Below are positions 27,054-39,759 of a DNA stretch of 64,000 bases, one piece after another (the stretch's first letter is position 1; the number at the start of each line of letters is the position of its first letter). The DNA lies in NCBI GenBank assembly GCA_964016885.1, contig OZ024741.1, positions 168,950,001 to 169,014,000 of the forward strand, given 5' to 3'. Both the position numbers and the translations under genes were made by a program. The notes beneath the pieces are model-generated. The model saw nothing but the letters and a program-made list of their open reading frames with translations. It did not search any database and had not been told where the DNA came from. This DNA comes from Eledone cirrhosa (lineage: Eukaryota).

Positions 27054-30000
27054 AGCTGCATTTATCTTGCTTTATGTTCATACGAATTATCACCAAGTCA
27101 CAACCAGTGATCTCAAGCGACAACAAGGTCCGCCATGTTCAAAAAAGAACATACATACTCACACATGCATCTTTAGTGTTTAGACTTGTGATGCACTTAT
27201 ATTGACAGAATCTTCCTTAGTATATGGGCAGTTCCCATTAGTACTATCTTTTGTATTTCTCCTATACGCGGGTTTCCTGGGATTTGCGATAAGTAATCAT
27301 TAGACCCCTTAGGTATCATTCCTCGAGCGCCTACAACCACTGCTATTGTTTTAGTTCTCAATTTCCACATTTTTCCAATTTCTATCTCCAGGTCCTTATA
27401 CTTGCTCAATTTTTCAAATGTTTTTATAGATACATTCTTGTCTATTGGAACAGACATATCAATTAGCAGGCATACCCTCTTTTTAAAGTCCTTCAATATT
27501 ATATCAGGTCTATTTGCATCTATTTTTCGGTCTGTTTGGATGCTAAAGTTCCACAAGATTGAGATGTGATCTTTTTCAAGTATGGGGTGGTTGATGCTCC
27601 CACCAATTCTTTTGATGGGGCAGGTCAAAATGCTTACACATTATCCAATGTATGTATTGTGCAGCTCTGTCATGCCTGTTTAGGTATTCGGTTGGAGCTA
27701 TAGGACTGCACATTGAAATTATATGGTCAATGGTCTCTGGTTGTTTTTTGCATACACGGCATAATGGGCTGCATCCATTTATTATTATGTTGGCTTGGTA
27801 ATTTTTTGTTGGCAGACACTGATCTTGTGCTGATATAATCAGTCCTTCAGTCTCCGATTTCAGTCCAGAGGATGCGAACCACTGATGGGTTAAAGTGTTG
27901 TCAACATCAGGATTGTTAGCTCGCTCTGGGTATTTTCCATACAGAGGCTTTTCTTGCCATTTCTTAGCCAGTTTCTGTAGCAGTTCTTTCTTTGCAGTTA
28001 CTTTTACCTGCTTTGCTTCTTCTGTGATTTCCATTTCAGCAGTAAATGGAACTTCTGAAATTTGTAGTCCATTACTGTATCTTTGTGCATCTTTTGTAAT
28101 GGAATATGATCTGTTGATGCTTTCGTGTTTCAAAACGAGTTTGATCATCCAATCATGTGATTCCCTTAGATATGTAGATAATCCAATTGTTGCAGTTTTC
28201 AACGCAATGTCTAACTGGATTAACCCACGTCCTCCTTCTTTCCTAGGGAGATATAATCTATCTATATCTGCCTTAGGGTGATGCATTCTGTGCATGGTTA
28301 AGAATTTTCGAATTTTTGTATCGAGCCTACGGATCTCTGTGCTTGACCAGTTGATGACATTGTAACTGTAGGTTACTACTGGTATGGCAAGCGTTTTTAT
28401 AGCATCGATCCTATTCCTTGCATTCAATTCCGTTCTTAAGATTGCTCTTACTCTGCGGTAACATTCCTTCCTTATCCTTTCCCTCATTGTCGAGTGCTTG
28501 ATTCCGTCTCCTTCACAAACACCTAGATATTTGTAAGTGTTTTCTTGATCAAGTTCTCTTATCACGTTCCCCCGATCAAGATTAATGTCTGAACTCTTCA
28601 GCAGCTTTCCTCTGGTGAACGTTGCTTTGGCGCATTTATCTAATCCAAACTCCATTTTAATGTCATCACTGAACTGCTCCACAGTGGATAATAGCCCTTG
28701 CAATTGTTCATCATTTTTTGCAAATAGTTTCAGGTCATCCATGTAGAACAAGTGATTATTGGTTTTGTCATAGACTTTATATCCATGTTTTGTTTCATTG
28801 AGCATTTTACTTAATGGTATAAGTGCGATGCAGAATAAAAGCGGTGATAAAGATTCACCCTGAAAAATTCCACAATTAATATTAACTTCTCCAGCTTCCA
28901 GTGATTTTGTTTCACTATTCAAAAGGAGTGTCGTTTTCCATGTCTTCATACTGAATGACAAAAACCTCCTGACAACGGGGGATATTTTGAAAATCTCTAA
29001 ATATTTTTCAATCCAACTGTGTGGCAAACTATCGAATGCTTTTTTATCATCTATCCAAGCAATCGATAGATTTTTGTGTCTATTATGACAATCTTCCAGT
29101 ATCATTTTGTTAACCAAAAGCTGATCCTTACAGCCATATGAGCCTCGTTTACACCCTTTCTGCTCAATGGGAAATAGGTCATTTGTTATCAGGTGGTCAT
29201 ATGTGTATTCAGTTAGGACTGATGTTAAAATTTTATACATTGTGGTCAAGCAAGTTATCGGTCTGTAATTTTTGGGATTGTTTGTCTCATCATTTTTCGG
29301 AAGCAGGAATGTAATGCCGTTAACTAGCCATGATGGTATCTTTTCTGGCTCCTTAACTATTTCATTGTAAAGTTGGGCTAACAGCTCATGAGACTCTGTG
29401 AAGTCATTTATCCAAAAATTTTGTATTTTGTCTTTTCCTGGGGATTTCCATTTGCTGGTTTTTCTTAGAGCTAAGCGCAACTGTTCAACTGTTATATTTT
29501 CCCATATTTGTTCCTCAAGGTGAGCTGTATCTTTCATTTGTCTGTCTATCCATGGGGCATGTATGTTATGAACTTTTTCTTCGGCCCAGATCTTTTCCCA
29601 GAATTCTTGCACTTCCTTCTTGGGTGGTATTGATTTAGCAGTTATTGTTGACTTACCAATTTTTCTGTAGAAGTTTCTTTGGTTGTTTTTGAACATATTA
29701 TTGTCCTCATAGAATCTAGATCGTTTTTCAAAGCGCCTTATACGAGCAGCTTTGGCCGACACTTTTTGCTTGATTATTTCTATCAGCATGTCTATGTCAC
29801 TTGTTGATTTTATACTGTACTTTCTTTTCAATTTTCTAAGTTTAGTTTGTTTAACATGTTCACCTAATTTATAGTTTGTTAAAATTTCTATGTCAGATCG
29901 GAGAAGGTTTATTTGGCGATTGATGTTCTCTTGCCAAGTAGATTTCTTGTGGGAATTCCTTTGTTTTTTCATCTTCACTCCACATAAGTGAGTGGTGACT

Positions 30001-30361
30001 TTAGCCGATGCATAATAGAGATGATTTAAATCAGTAATGTTTAGTTTGTTTGTGATGATAATGTTTTTGAGAATTATGTTACTCTTGTGTATTATCTTTT
30101 GGTTCTGCTTGGAGTTCTGGGTCTTAGGGAGGGTGTCTCGTTGCCCCATGTCAGATTCTTTCATTTTCGATCACAATTTCATCCTTCAAGTTGGCAAGTT
30201 CATTCTCATTCATTTCTTTATCATTTACGATCTCATTATTTTCATTTGGAGTTTCATCTTGAGCATGCACTCCCTCCACTTTTTCGATCCTTTCTTTAAT
30301 TTGTTCTGTTGCCAGTGATTCCGCCCCAACCCTGGGATTCGAAGTGTTACAATTTACCTCG
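27052..30361 (-). mobile_element. R4/Dong-like RT-RLE LINE, family A
   Basis: Single RT-CCHC-RLE frame plus 3'UTR ending in (TAA)n on its own strand. Confidence 0.9.
27197..30164 (-). CDS. RT, zinc knuckle and restriction-like endonuclease; frameshift at ~27590
   Basis: KSPGKD, YRPITCL, KAFDS, FQGESLSP, YMDD, CRVC..HIISMC, RHD, RPDII..D..EKLSKY. Confidence 0.9.
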
Positions 30362-30381
30362 TATTATTATTATTATTATTA

Positions 30382-30569
30382 GTAGGGCGGTGGATTGGCA
30401 GTATCGGTAGAGGGTCGGACGCCATGCTTTCCAGCATAGTTACGTCCCTTTACGATCTGAGTTCAAATCCCGCCGAGGTTGACTTTGCCTTTCATCCTTA
30501 CGGGGTCGATAAAATAAAGTACCAGTAATGCACTGGGTAATTGCTGGCCTTGTGCCTAAAGTAGAAACA
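30382..30569 (+). mobile_element. Full-length tRNA-derived SINE in (ATT)n
   Basis: A-box-like TGGCAGTATCGG, B-box GAGTTCAAATCC, tail ccttgtgcctaaagtagaaaca(ATT)n. Confidence 0.9.
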
Positions 30570-30620
30570 ATTATTATTATTATTATTATTATTATTGTTA
30601 TTATTATTGTTATTGTTATT

Positions 30621-33324
30621 CCTTGAATCTCAGTCATTGATGTTGGTTAACTGGAAAGTCCGTTGGATTGAATATCAAGCCACTACCTGCAGCCTCAGAT
30701 ATTCAGGACGTATCGGAGGGTTCTTGCCGTTCCAAGCAAGCATGCCTTTTGAAGCGTTCCAAAAAGCGTGAAGGGGCCGATTTTCTTTAACCATCCCTGG
30801 AAACATTTGGAGATAGTCCCCAGTGCGCCTATGACAATCGGGATCACTTTGACTTCATGGCAGTTCCAAATCCTTTTCACCTCCCACTTTAGGTCCTGGT
30901 ATCGGTTAATTTTCTCCCTCTCCTTCTCTTGCACTCTCGTGTCGAACGGGCAGGCCACATCCACAATCAGGCACGATCTTTTTTCTTTGTCCACAACCAC
31001 CAGGTCAGGTCTATTGTGTTCCAGTTTTTTGTCCGTCTGTATCCTAAAATCCCACAGCACCTTCACCTGACTGTTCTCCATCACCGCCTCTGGCCTATGC
31101 TCATACCATTTCTCAGAATGTGGTAGATTGTTTACTTTGCACAGGTGCCAGTGGATCACCCTGCCCATCACATCGTGTCTCCAGCCCTTATAGTGGGTCT
31201 GGGCTAGGTGTTTACACTCGGACACAATGTGAGCCACAGTCTCCTCTCTCTCTCCACAGATCCTGCACAGTGGGCTAGCCTCCTCCTTGTAGATATGGTG
31301 CTTCAACCACTTCGTTTTGAGGACCTGCTCCTGCGCAGCCATTAGCATTCCTTCTGTAGCCTTTTTGAGGTCTCCTCTTCTCAACCAGTTCCATGTCTGT
31401 GGATCTCTAAATTCAGTTTTCTCAAAGAAGGTACTATGAAGGGATTTTCCCTTAAGGCTGCTCTTCCTCCTTGATGTTATTTCCTCCTTGGGTATCCCCT
31501 GGCCTACTGTCCCCTCCTTCAGTACAGCTCTGAGCATTGGCTCCTTACTATAGGTCACGTATTTGTATAGGTTGTTTTTCTCCATCTGAACACAGTCCTC
31601 TATGCTGATAAGACCTCTTCCACCCTCAGATCTCCTTAGGTAGAGTCTATCGACATCACTCCTCTTGTGGAACATGTTGTAGATAGTCAATAGCTTCCTA
31701 GTCTTCCTATCCATTTCTTTTTGTTCAGCAACATTCCATCTCAGAATTCCCGCACTGTACCTAATAATAGACACAGCTCGGGAATTTACTGCGCTTATGG
31801 CATTTCTGCTGTTCAGATGTGACTTCAATACGCTCCTTACTCTCCGAATGTATTCAGTTCTTAACAATTCCTTCATTTTTTTGTTCTTTATGCCATCAGC
31901 CTCCAGAACGCCCAAATACTTGTATCCTTCCTCAGAGTCAATTTCCTTTATCATCTCACCTGTTGGTATCTGGATCCCGTTACTTCTGCTCAACCTACCC
32001 CTCCTCATCACAATGACTCCACATTTACCAATACCAAACTGCATACATATATCACTGCTGAAAATACGGACAGTGTCAACAAGCACATCCAACTCCTTCT
32101 CACTTTTCCCGAAGAGCTTAAGATCGTCCATGAAGAGGAGGTGATTGATGGTAAGCTCTCCCCTTCCCAACTTGTATCCTGCTCTCACTTTTCGCAGCAT
32201 AATGGTCAAGGGCATCAGGGCAAGGACAAACAACAGAGGGGACAGGCTATCTCCCTGGAAGATACCTCTCTTGATCTTCACGCTTCCCAAGGATACTCCA
32301 GTTGATGTCAACTCTGTCTCCCAGGACCCCATACTCCTGCCCAGCAACTGTCTGATGTTATCTGCCACCCTGAAGATCTCCAGGCTTTTGGTGATCCAGG
32401 AATGAGGCACCATGTCAAATGCCTTTCTGTAGTCTATCCATCCCATGGCAAGATCAGTGTGTCTCCTCCTGCAATTCCCCATTACCATCTTATCAATAAG
32501 CAACTGGTCCTTTGTACCACGTGACTTCTTTCGGCATCCTTTCTGTTCGTCCGGCAACAAGTTGTTTGTGTGGAGGTGATGGTAGATTTCCTCAGACACA
32601 ATGCTCGTCAACAGTTTCCACATTACGGGCAGACATGTGATAGGTCTATAGTTGGTAACATCATTACCCTTGATTCGGTCTTTCATTATCAGAACTGTGG
32701 TACCTTTTGTCAACCACTCTGGCACCTCACCCGACACCAAGCAGTCATTGAACATGGCCGTCAGCTTCGGGTGGAGGGATGTTAAATGTTTAATCCAATA
32801 CCCCTGCACACCATCTGGGCCTGGTGATTTCCAGTTGGTTAGTTTTTTGGCTTGCCCCTTAAGAGTTTCAACTGTGATACTCAAATCAGTCTGTTGCTGT
32901 GCCTGCTCACCGATCTCCCTCTGTACTGTCTCAATCCACCCTGCCTGGGCATTGTGTCTAACATCCTGCTCCCATATTCCTCTCCAGAATGTTTTAGCTT
33001 GCTCCGCCCCAGGGATCAAGTCGTTGCCTCTTTCTTTCCCCTCAAACTGTCCAAACAGCATCTTCTGGTTGTTGTCGAACATGCGGTTCTGTTTATACTG
33101 ACTGACTCTGTTCTCGTATCGCCTGATTTTGGCACTCTTTGCTACAATGCGTTGCTTCAATTCCTCTATGATAATATTTAGCTTTTTACTCCTAGTTTTG
33201 TATTTTATTTCCAGTCTATTTTTAGTGCCTATGTTTTTTAGTGTCCCATTCAGTAGTGACTCAAGCTTTCCTATGTCATTTCTCATTTCCCCGATTTGCC
33301 CACTCAGTCGCTTCTTCCACCACG

Positions 33325-33325
<1 letters not shown>
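30621..33325 (-). mobile_element. 5'-truncated R4/Dong-like LINE, family B
   Basis: Uninterrupted 863-aa frame plus ~74-nt 3'UTR; ATT tracts on both sides. Confidence 0.92.
30695..33286 (-). CDS. RT-CCHC-RLE protein, open but N-terminally truncated
   Basis: KSPGPDG, YRPITCL, FQGDSLSP, FMDD, CRIC..HIVSEC, RHD, RPDLVV..DVACP..EKINRY. Confidence 0.92.
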   Translation of the reverse strand: MRNDIGKLESLLNGTLKNIGTKNRLEIKYKTRSKKLNIIIEELKQRIVAKSAKIRRYENRVSQYKQNRMFDNNQKMLFGQFEGKERGNDLIPGAEQAKTFWRGIWEQDVRHNAQAGWIETVQREIGEQAQQQTDLSITVETLKGQAKKLTNWKSPGPDGVQGYWIKHLTSLHPKLTAMFNDCLVSGEVPEWLTKGTTVLIMKDRIKGNDVTNYRPITCLPVMWKLLTSIVSEEIYHHLHTNNLLPDEQKGCRKKSRGTKDQLLIDKMVMGNCRRRHTDLAMGWIDYRKAFDMVPHSWITKSLEIFRVADNIRQLLGRSMGSWETELTSTGVSLGSVKIKRGIFQGDSLSPLLFVLALMPLTIMLRKVRAGYKLGRGELTINHLLFMDDLKLFGKSEKELDVLVDTVRIFSSDICMQFGIGKCGVIVMRRGRLSRSNGIQIPTGEMIKEIDSEEGYKYLGVLEADGIKNKKMKELLRTEYIRRVRSVLKSHLNSRNAISAVNSRAVSIIRYSAGILRWNVAEQKEMDRKTRKLLTIYNMFHKRSDVDRLYLRRSEGGRGLISIEDCVQMEKNNLYKYVTYSKEPMLRAVLKEGTVGQGIPKEEITSRRKSSLKGKSLHSTFFEKTEFRDPQTWNWLRRGDLKKATEGMLMAAQEQVLKTKWLKHHIYKEEASPLCRICGEREETVAHIVSECKHLAQTHYKGWRHDVMGRVIHWHLCKVNNLPHSEKWYEHRPEAVMENSQVKVLWDFRIQTDKKLEHNRPDLVVVDKEKRSCLIVDVACPFDTRVQEKEREKINRYQDLKWEVKRIWNCHEVKVIPIVIGALGTISKCFQGWLKKIGPFTLFGTLQKACLLGTARTLRYVLNI

Positions 33326-33398
<73 letters not shown>

Positions 33399-33399
33399 C

Positions 33400-36300
33400 A
33401 TCATCCTACGTAGGAAATCGTATTATCGTGAGCTCCACAAAGGTTTGAGCTCCACAAAGGCTTGTTTTCAGTTGTTTCAAATTACCAGTTATGGAAAAAT
33501 GTTGTTGTTAAGTGTTTATAAGTTCACATATATTGCTTTCAGAAAAGGACACTAAATAATATTGCGGCCTTGAGCACAAAATTTAAACTTCTATATTTAT
33601 CAAACAAAATTTTATTTGAAAAAACATGGACGGCTTGCAGCCACCCAATTCTGCTGACAGCGTTTCTAACAGACTAACATCCCCCACCACCACCACCATT
33701 GTAAACCTTGCCACGGTTGCCAACACTGAAAATATAATTAATAGCAGTCTCAATTATTTAGATTTGACGCATACGAACATGGATTTCCCGCCATTACCAA
33801 CATCTACAGGTGTTAAAGCCGCCATCCCCACCTCCACAATGTCAAAAAGAACAACCAACACCACTGATACCACCACCGCAGTAGCAACAACTGAAACAAA
33901 AATAAATTATTATATCGTGATATCGAAATGGATTCTCCGAAAATCGACTCTTACACGCCGAACGCCACTGACACCACCACCACCACAACTGAAACTAAAA
34001 ATAATAATAACAAAAATAACAATAACAACAACAGCAACAACAGCAACAACAGCAACAATAAGGATAACAACAACAACATCAACACCAGCGCAAAACCAAA
34101 TGTGTCATTTGCTAAAGCGTCAAACAAAAATTAAACGGTTGAGGTAAGCCAGGAAGAATTGAATGAAGCCAAGCGAATGGTAAAAAGGGTCAGCCTCACC
34201 CCCCCCCCCCATATAATACCATGGAGCATCGGCGCCTATGCACCGTGTCATATCGCACGATAAATATTAAAATACGCCGAGTGGAACGGGCATCCGAGTC
34301 CCAGATACAAAAAGCTTTGGGATATGTGTGGACTCAAAAAACCCACATCAGACGTGGGCAAAAATATGGAACCGTGGACGTGTTTTTGGAACCCCGCAGG
34401 AAGCCAGAGAGCACTCCATGGCCCCATTAGAAAGTGACGCGTTCACACTCGTCCCAAGCTATTGTGGTCAGAGGCTGGTAAGGATCAGGGTGACCCAGGT
34501 TCTGCCAGCCATTGAAATTCCCTGGCTAATGGCTGCCGTCCTCGCTGACATCGAGGCCGACACTAAAGTAGTTGAGGTGATAAAGTAAAGCAGGAGAATT
34601 GGTCCGGATCTGGGATGGAGCTCCTGATCCAAGCGGGGATCCAAGCGGGGAAAAACATACAGGAAATTCAAGAGGTGATAGACCTCAATGAGGGCAGCCA
34701 CCTCACCGTAATTGTTGAGGGTAGAAGGCCTAGGTGTGTCGTTTGTGGCGAAGGAACCCACCTAAAGGATTTCTGCCCTCAGGCTAAAAAGTTGAGGCCA
34801 CCTCTCCTGCCTACCCCAGTGACTCAACCATCAAAACCAGCAGCAGAAATGGCAGCAACAACAGAAGAAACTGTAACAGCAACAACCCCAGCAACTATAG
34901 CAGCAACAGTAGCAAAACCAAAACCACCACCACCCACCGCGCCAGAATTAGCACCAGCGCCTCCACCATCCACCACCCCCACAACCAAAACCAAGGCCCG
35001 TGGAGGATTTTCCACTCCCTGACCTATCGCAACGGGGGACAGATTGTGACGATGAGGAGGAGTGGGAAACTGTATCTGGAAAAATGTTTAAAAAATAAAC
35101 CAAAAAAGAAAAATTCCTCTTCCTTCGCCCTCCAAAAACAAAATGCAGGGCGAAACAAACAAACCAACAAAAGAGTTAAGACAGCTGTGTCACCACCCAC
35201 ACCAGAATCACCATCCCCATCACCACAAACACCAACACCATCACCATCATCAACCCCAACACAACCATCACCAACACCACAAAAATCACCAACAAGCGAA
35301 ACAGAAACAAACCCACAACAAACGCAAACAAAACAAAGCAACCAAAACGATACACACTACACATCATGAAATTTGAACAACCAATTATTACACTACATCC
35401 AACACGACACCAACCTCACAGAAAAAGACTATACAACACCCCAAAAATTCACACCACCCCTACACATACAAATCACTCGCATCACACAGAAAACACACAC
35501 AACACTAAAATTTAAATTCCCCAAGGACATCGGAGACTTCCGACAAACACTTGCCAGGAGGATTTATAAAGACATCCTTTCCGAAGGGGCCACAAACAGC
35601 GAGAAGGACGAAAAACCATCCTTCCTCCACAAGAAGTGAGGTAAATGGTCTTTCCCATCTTTTTCCACTCCTTTTCAACATGACCTTACTCAGAATAAGC
35701 AGCATAAATGCGCGTTGCCTGGGGTCGTCATGGGAGCAGAGCCACCTGCTCACGACCTCAGGTCACTAAACATAGATGTGATGGCCATCAGCGAGACCAG
35801 AATCTTCGAAGCATGAGCCTTCGCACCGATCTTCGGCGGCTACGATGTATACGCATCTCCCAGCCGTCCAGGACCGGGGAGAGGAGTTGCTGTGCTTTTC
35901 CGGAGAGGCTTGGATTTCGCCAAACGGGCCATCTTTCTGGACCCAGAAGGTAAGTTGGTGGTGTTGGACGTGACCAGCGGAGACAGGCAAGCTTTCACGC
36001 TAGTAGCCGTGTGAGGTTCACTTAGATAGGCTTCGTAGACAGAGACCCGGCTACTGGAAGCTAAACGCGTCGTTAACAGCGTGCAAGGCCTACAGATACC
36101 GGATTAGCGAAATAGTTAAGCGGGCGTTGACGGGGGTCATCGTCAACAACAAATGGTGGTTTGCTCTGAAAAGAGCGATTAGAATAGAGTCCATTAGGTT
36201 TAATAAGGCGTTAGCAATAGAGAAAAATAGAGCAGAGGGACAACTAGTTAGAAAATTAGACGAGACGCTTAGTAAAGGCATCGCGACCGACGTGTTTGCG

Positions 36301-37619
36301 GCGAAATTGGCTCTCGACTAAATTCTTCAATGCAAAGCACGAAGGCTGCGTTGTCAGAGCTACGATGCGTGCTCTCAGACAGGAGGGGATGAAAGCTGTT
36401 CAATGAGCCCGAGTGGAGGAGGCTCGTCGTGGAAACAAAGCTACGATCCGGTCTTCGATGGACCTCGACGGGTGCATGCTACTCGATCCCGGGCAAATGT
36501 GGCTGATGATTCGCAGACACGATCTCAGGCTACGCCATCTCCACCTCTTCCTCGACGGTGATCAGGTGTGGTCGCCGTTTGCTAGACGCGTGTTTCCCCA
36601 GCTCGTCTCCTTGACGGAGCTGCAATCCTGGGTCAGGGTCAAGCGAAGACCGAGAGGGAGCGCTTGGAGACTGGAATGTCTTCAGGCGCTCACAGTCCTC
36701 GACCAGTCGGGCAATGCGATCGGTGGAAACTTAACCTCGGCGTTCTATAGACAATTAGTGGAAGGGAAGAGCGACGACGTACTTGGGGAGACTCTGGGCG
36801 TCGACGAAAATCAACTAGCCAATCTGTTCGGGAGACCTTTCGGGCCGGGGCCTATGTACAACTTCCAGAAATCCCTGGCCTGGCAGTGCTACCGAGGAGC
36901 TTTGCCAGTTCGGGATAAACTCTACAGGCATGGAAGTGCCGTCAGCCTGGCATATCTGGGATGCGCGCAGGGCGACGAAACCGTCCTGCACGCACTCGTC
37001 CAGTGCCCGAGCAATGCTGACTTGTGGGTTTATGTCGAACACCTGCTGTCATGTGTAGGACGGATACGGCTATCAGCTGACTCCATCGTGAGGATTGCCC
37101 TACCCACTTCCTTTAGCCGAGAAGGGCAGGCAGTTTTTATCTGTCTGGTGGCCATGGCGAAAGAGATAGTGTGGTGGACGCGTTTGAAAGGGCTGAAGAC
37201 GAACACTTACCTATTCAGTGATGCCCTGATTGACTTTTTCAAATTTCATTTGAAAAGGAAAATCAGGGTAGAGAGGCAAGTACTCTCTTCCCAGCATTTT
37301 GTTGAAAGATGGGTGAGAGAGGCAAGCATGGCCCGAGTGAATGGGCCTACTCTGAGTATGCGCCTGTAATTTGAAGGTGAAAAACTGGGAGAGAGCACTT
37401 GCCCTGGTGGTCAGGGTCACCGTGACTTTTTTAATGGGCTTTTTCCACGATTGTCACTTGGAAGTCTCCCCCCTATTGGGGAATATTTCATTGTTTCTTT
37501 TTTGTTACATCCTCTGTTTTTGTTTTTTTACACGCAGAAATGCCCATTTGTACCGTCCTGTATTGTCCTGTATTGTCCTGAATTGTCCTTAATGTTTTTA
37601 CTTTGTCAATAAAGAAAGC
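33400..37619 (+). mobile_element. Decayed Tx1 copy with both ends and two internal ORF2 deletions
   Basis: Colinear with 21122-26982; jumps at ~36010 and ~36500, the latter removing the RT; many frameshifts. Confidence 0.9.
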
Positions 37620-37769
37620 ATTATTATTATTATTGCTGCTGTTGTTGTTGTTTCTGTTTGTTTGCAGATATATGTATGTGTGTGTATATATATATATATG
37701 TGTGTGTGTGTGTATACAGAGAAAAAATGAGTGAGAGAGAGAAAAGATATGTGTATATACATATATAGG

Positions 37770-37813
<44 letters not shown>

Positions 37814-38649
37814 GTTGTTGTCTGTGTGTGTGTCCTCATTTTTGCAAAGTCTATACAAATCCACATTCTACTCCGATTGACTTCAAACTTGCATTTATAT
37901 ATTCCTTGCGGTCTAAAGATACTAACTGCCGCTTTTATTTTTCAATTTTCTGTTGTTAAAGGGGTGTTAGGCGCCGGTTATCGATCTCCGTCGTGCCCTT
38001 GTAATATCTGTCTGTATGCCTGACTGTCTGCATTACGACATTATTACAAACATTGATGACGTATTATGTTCGCTATTTTCCGTTCATTACCAGGGAACCC
38101 TAACAATCCTGAGACATTCCCACTTACCCCAGTTGCTTTAATATTTGTTTGCAATACTTCCTGATACATAATCACTTACCCCCGTTGCACACATTATTAT
38201 TGGTGTTAGTACCAAGCCATATGCCCCATTACGTACATAGATAGAAATAATGGATCTTTTTAGAAAGACCCCGCCAAAACATATCCCGACATCTATGTTA
38301 AAAATCACATACGCTGGCGTTATGCGGTAATTTCTATCTATCTTGGTACAGACAATACAGTGCAAAGGGGCGGGATAGTGTTAAGGCAAACTGTCTTAAG
38401 TTAAGTCTTTTTGCAAAGTCTATACAAATCCACATTTCTACTCCGATTGACTTCAAACTTGCATTTATATATTCCTTGCGGTCTAAAGATATTAACTGCA
38501 GCTTTTATTTTTCAATTTTCTGTTGTTAAAGGGGTGTTAGGCGCCGGTTATCGATCTCCGTCGTGCCCTTATAATATCTGTCTGTATGTCTGACTGTCTA
38601 CATTACGGCATTATGACAAACATCGTCTGCCTGTTTTCCGTAACGTAAT

Positions 38650-39068
38650 CCATGACACATTTAAAAAAGACGGTATTATATATAAACTTCATTAGCAGAA
38701 AATTAGTGACAGAAAATTAATGTTTATTTAAGCGATCGCCACCGGACGTGTGGACATTTGAAAATTTTGAAGAAGTGAATCTTTAAATAAATAAAATATA
38801 TTTAATGAACAACCACGAAATTTAGTAGATAAATGATGTAATATTCATTCATTATTTATTCAGTTCAAATCCCGCCGAGGTTGACTTTGCCTTTCATCCT
38901 TACGGGGTCGATAAAATAAAGTACCAGTAATGCACTGGATAATTGCTGGCCTTGTGCCTAAAGTAGAAACAATTATTTATTCAAAGTAATCCAACTTATT
39001 TTACTAATGGGATAACAAATTATAAACCGTACGCAGTCCCGCACTTCTTACTTTATTATAGTTTAGAT
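38650..39068 (-). mobile_element. Possible 5' end of a second Helitron family
   Basis: Reverse complement begins TCTAAACTATAATAAAG, a typical Helitron 5' terminus; left boundary uncertain. Confidence 0.4.
38860..38972 (+). mobile_element. 5'-truncated SINE
   Basis: Near-identical to 30460-30570; flanked by attatttattca on both sides (probable TSD). Confidence 0.85.
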
Positions 39069-39759
39069 TTACTTCTGCGTTCACAGATTGATTTTTAGAG
39101 TTTCAGAAGATCCCGTTAAGGGTGAAAGCAGCGATTCTTTGCTTAAACTTTAATCTGTTATTTTAATATATAATATATGCGAGCCAAGCCAGCCTAGGAT
39201 AACAATTGCACTTGAGAATACCTTTCCGACGGTCGGCTTATTTTTCAATCAGTAAGTGTCATTTACTAATTATTTACTTACCCCCGTTGCACACATTATT
39301 ATTGGTGTTAGTACCAAGCCATATGCCCCATTACGTACATAGATAGAAATAATGGATCTTTTTAGAAAGCCCCCACCAAAACATATCCCCACATCTATGC
39401 TAAAAATCACATACGCTGGCGTTATGCGGTAATTTCTATCTATCTTGGTACAGACAATACAGTGCAAAGGGGCGGGATAGTGTTAAGGCAAACTGTCTTA
39501 AGTTAAGTCGACAATTGTAGTTGTTGAGGCACGGTAGAAGGGCATAGGGTTAAGGACTGATGCATACACTTACGGTGGTTCGATAATCGGTCACAACTAA
39601 CCTATTACCCAAGTGAGTTTTAGACTGAAAACTATTAACCTCTTCTACATCAACTAACCTAAGCATGAATAGATACTTAAACTTACTAGCCCCCCCCCCC
39701 CAACTGCACCTGGTTTTCTGCATCCACAAGTTATACGTTGTTGTTTAATATATCCTAGG

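Noticed and set aside
30300-30361. HDV-like ribozyme at the 5' end of R4 family A
   Set aside because: Expected for some RLE elements, but a nested double pseudoknot could not be drawn.
30382-30475. Possible tRNA gene
   Set aside because: A/B boxes belong to a multi-copy SINE head; no convincing cloverleaf.
21482-37420. Antisense and alternate-frame ORFs over the LINEs
   Set aside because: Shadows of the retroelement frames with no independent motifs.
19389-37634. Repeat-spacer alternation reminiscent of a CRISPR or cassette array
   Set aside because: The repeats are variable-length microsatellites and the spacers are retroelements; eukaryotic context, with no cas or integrase gene.
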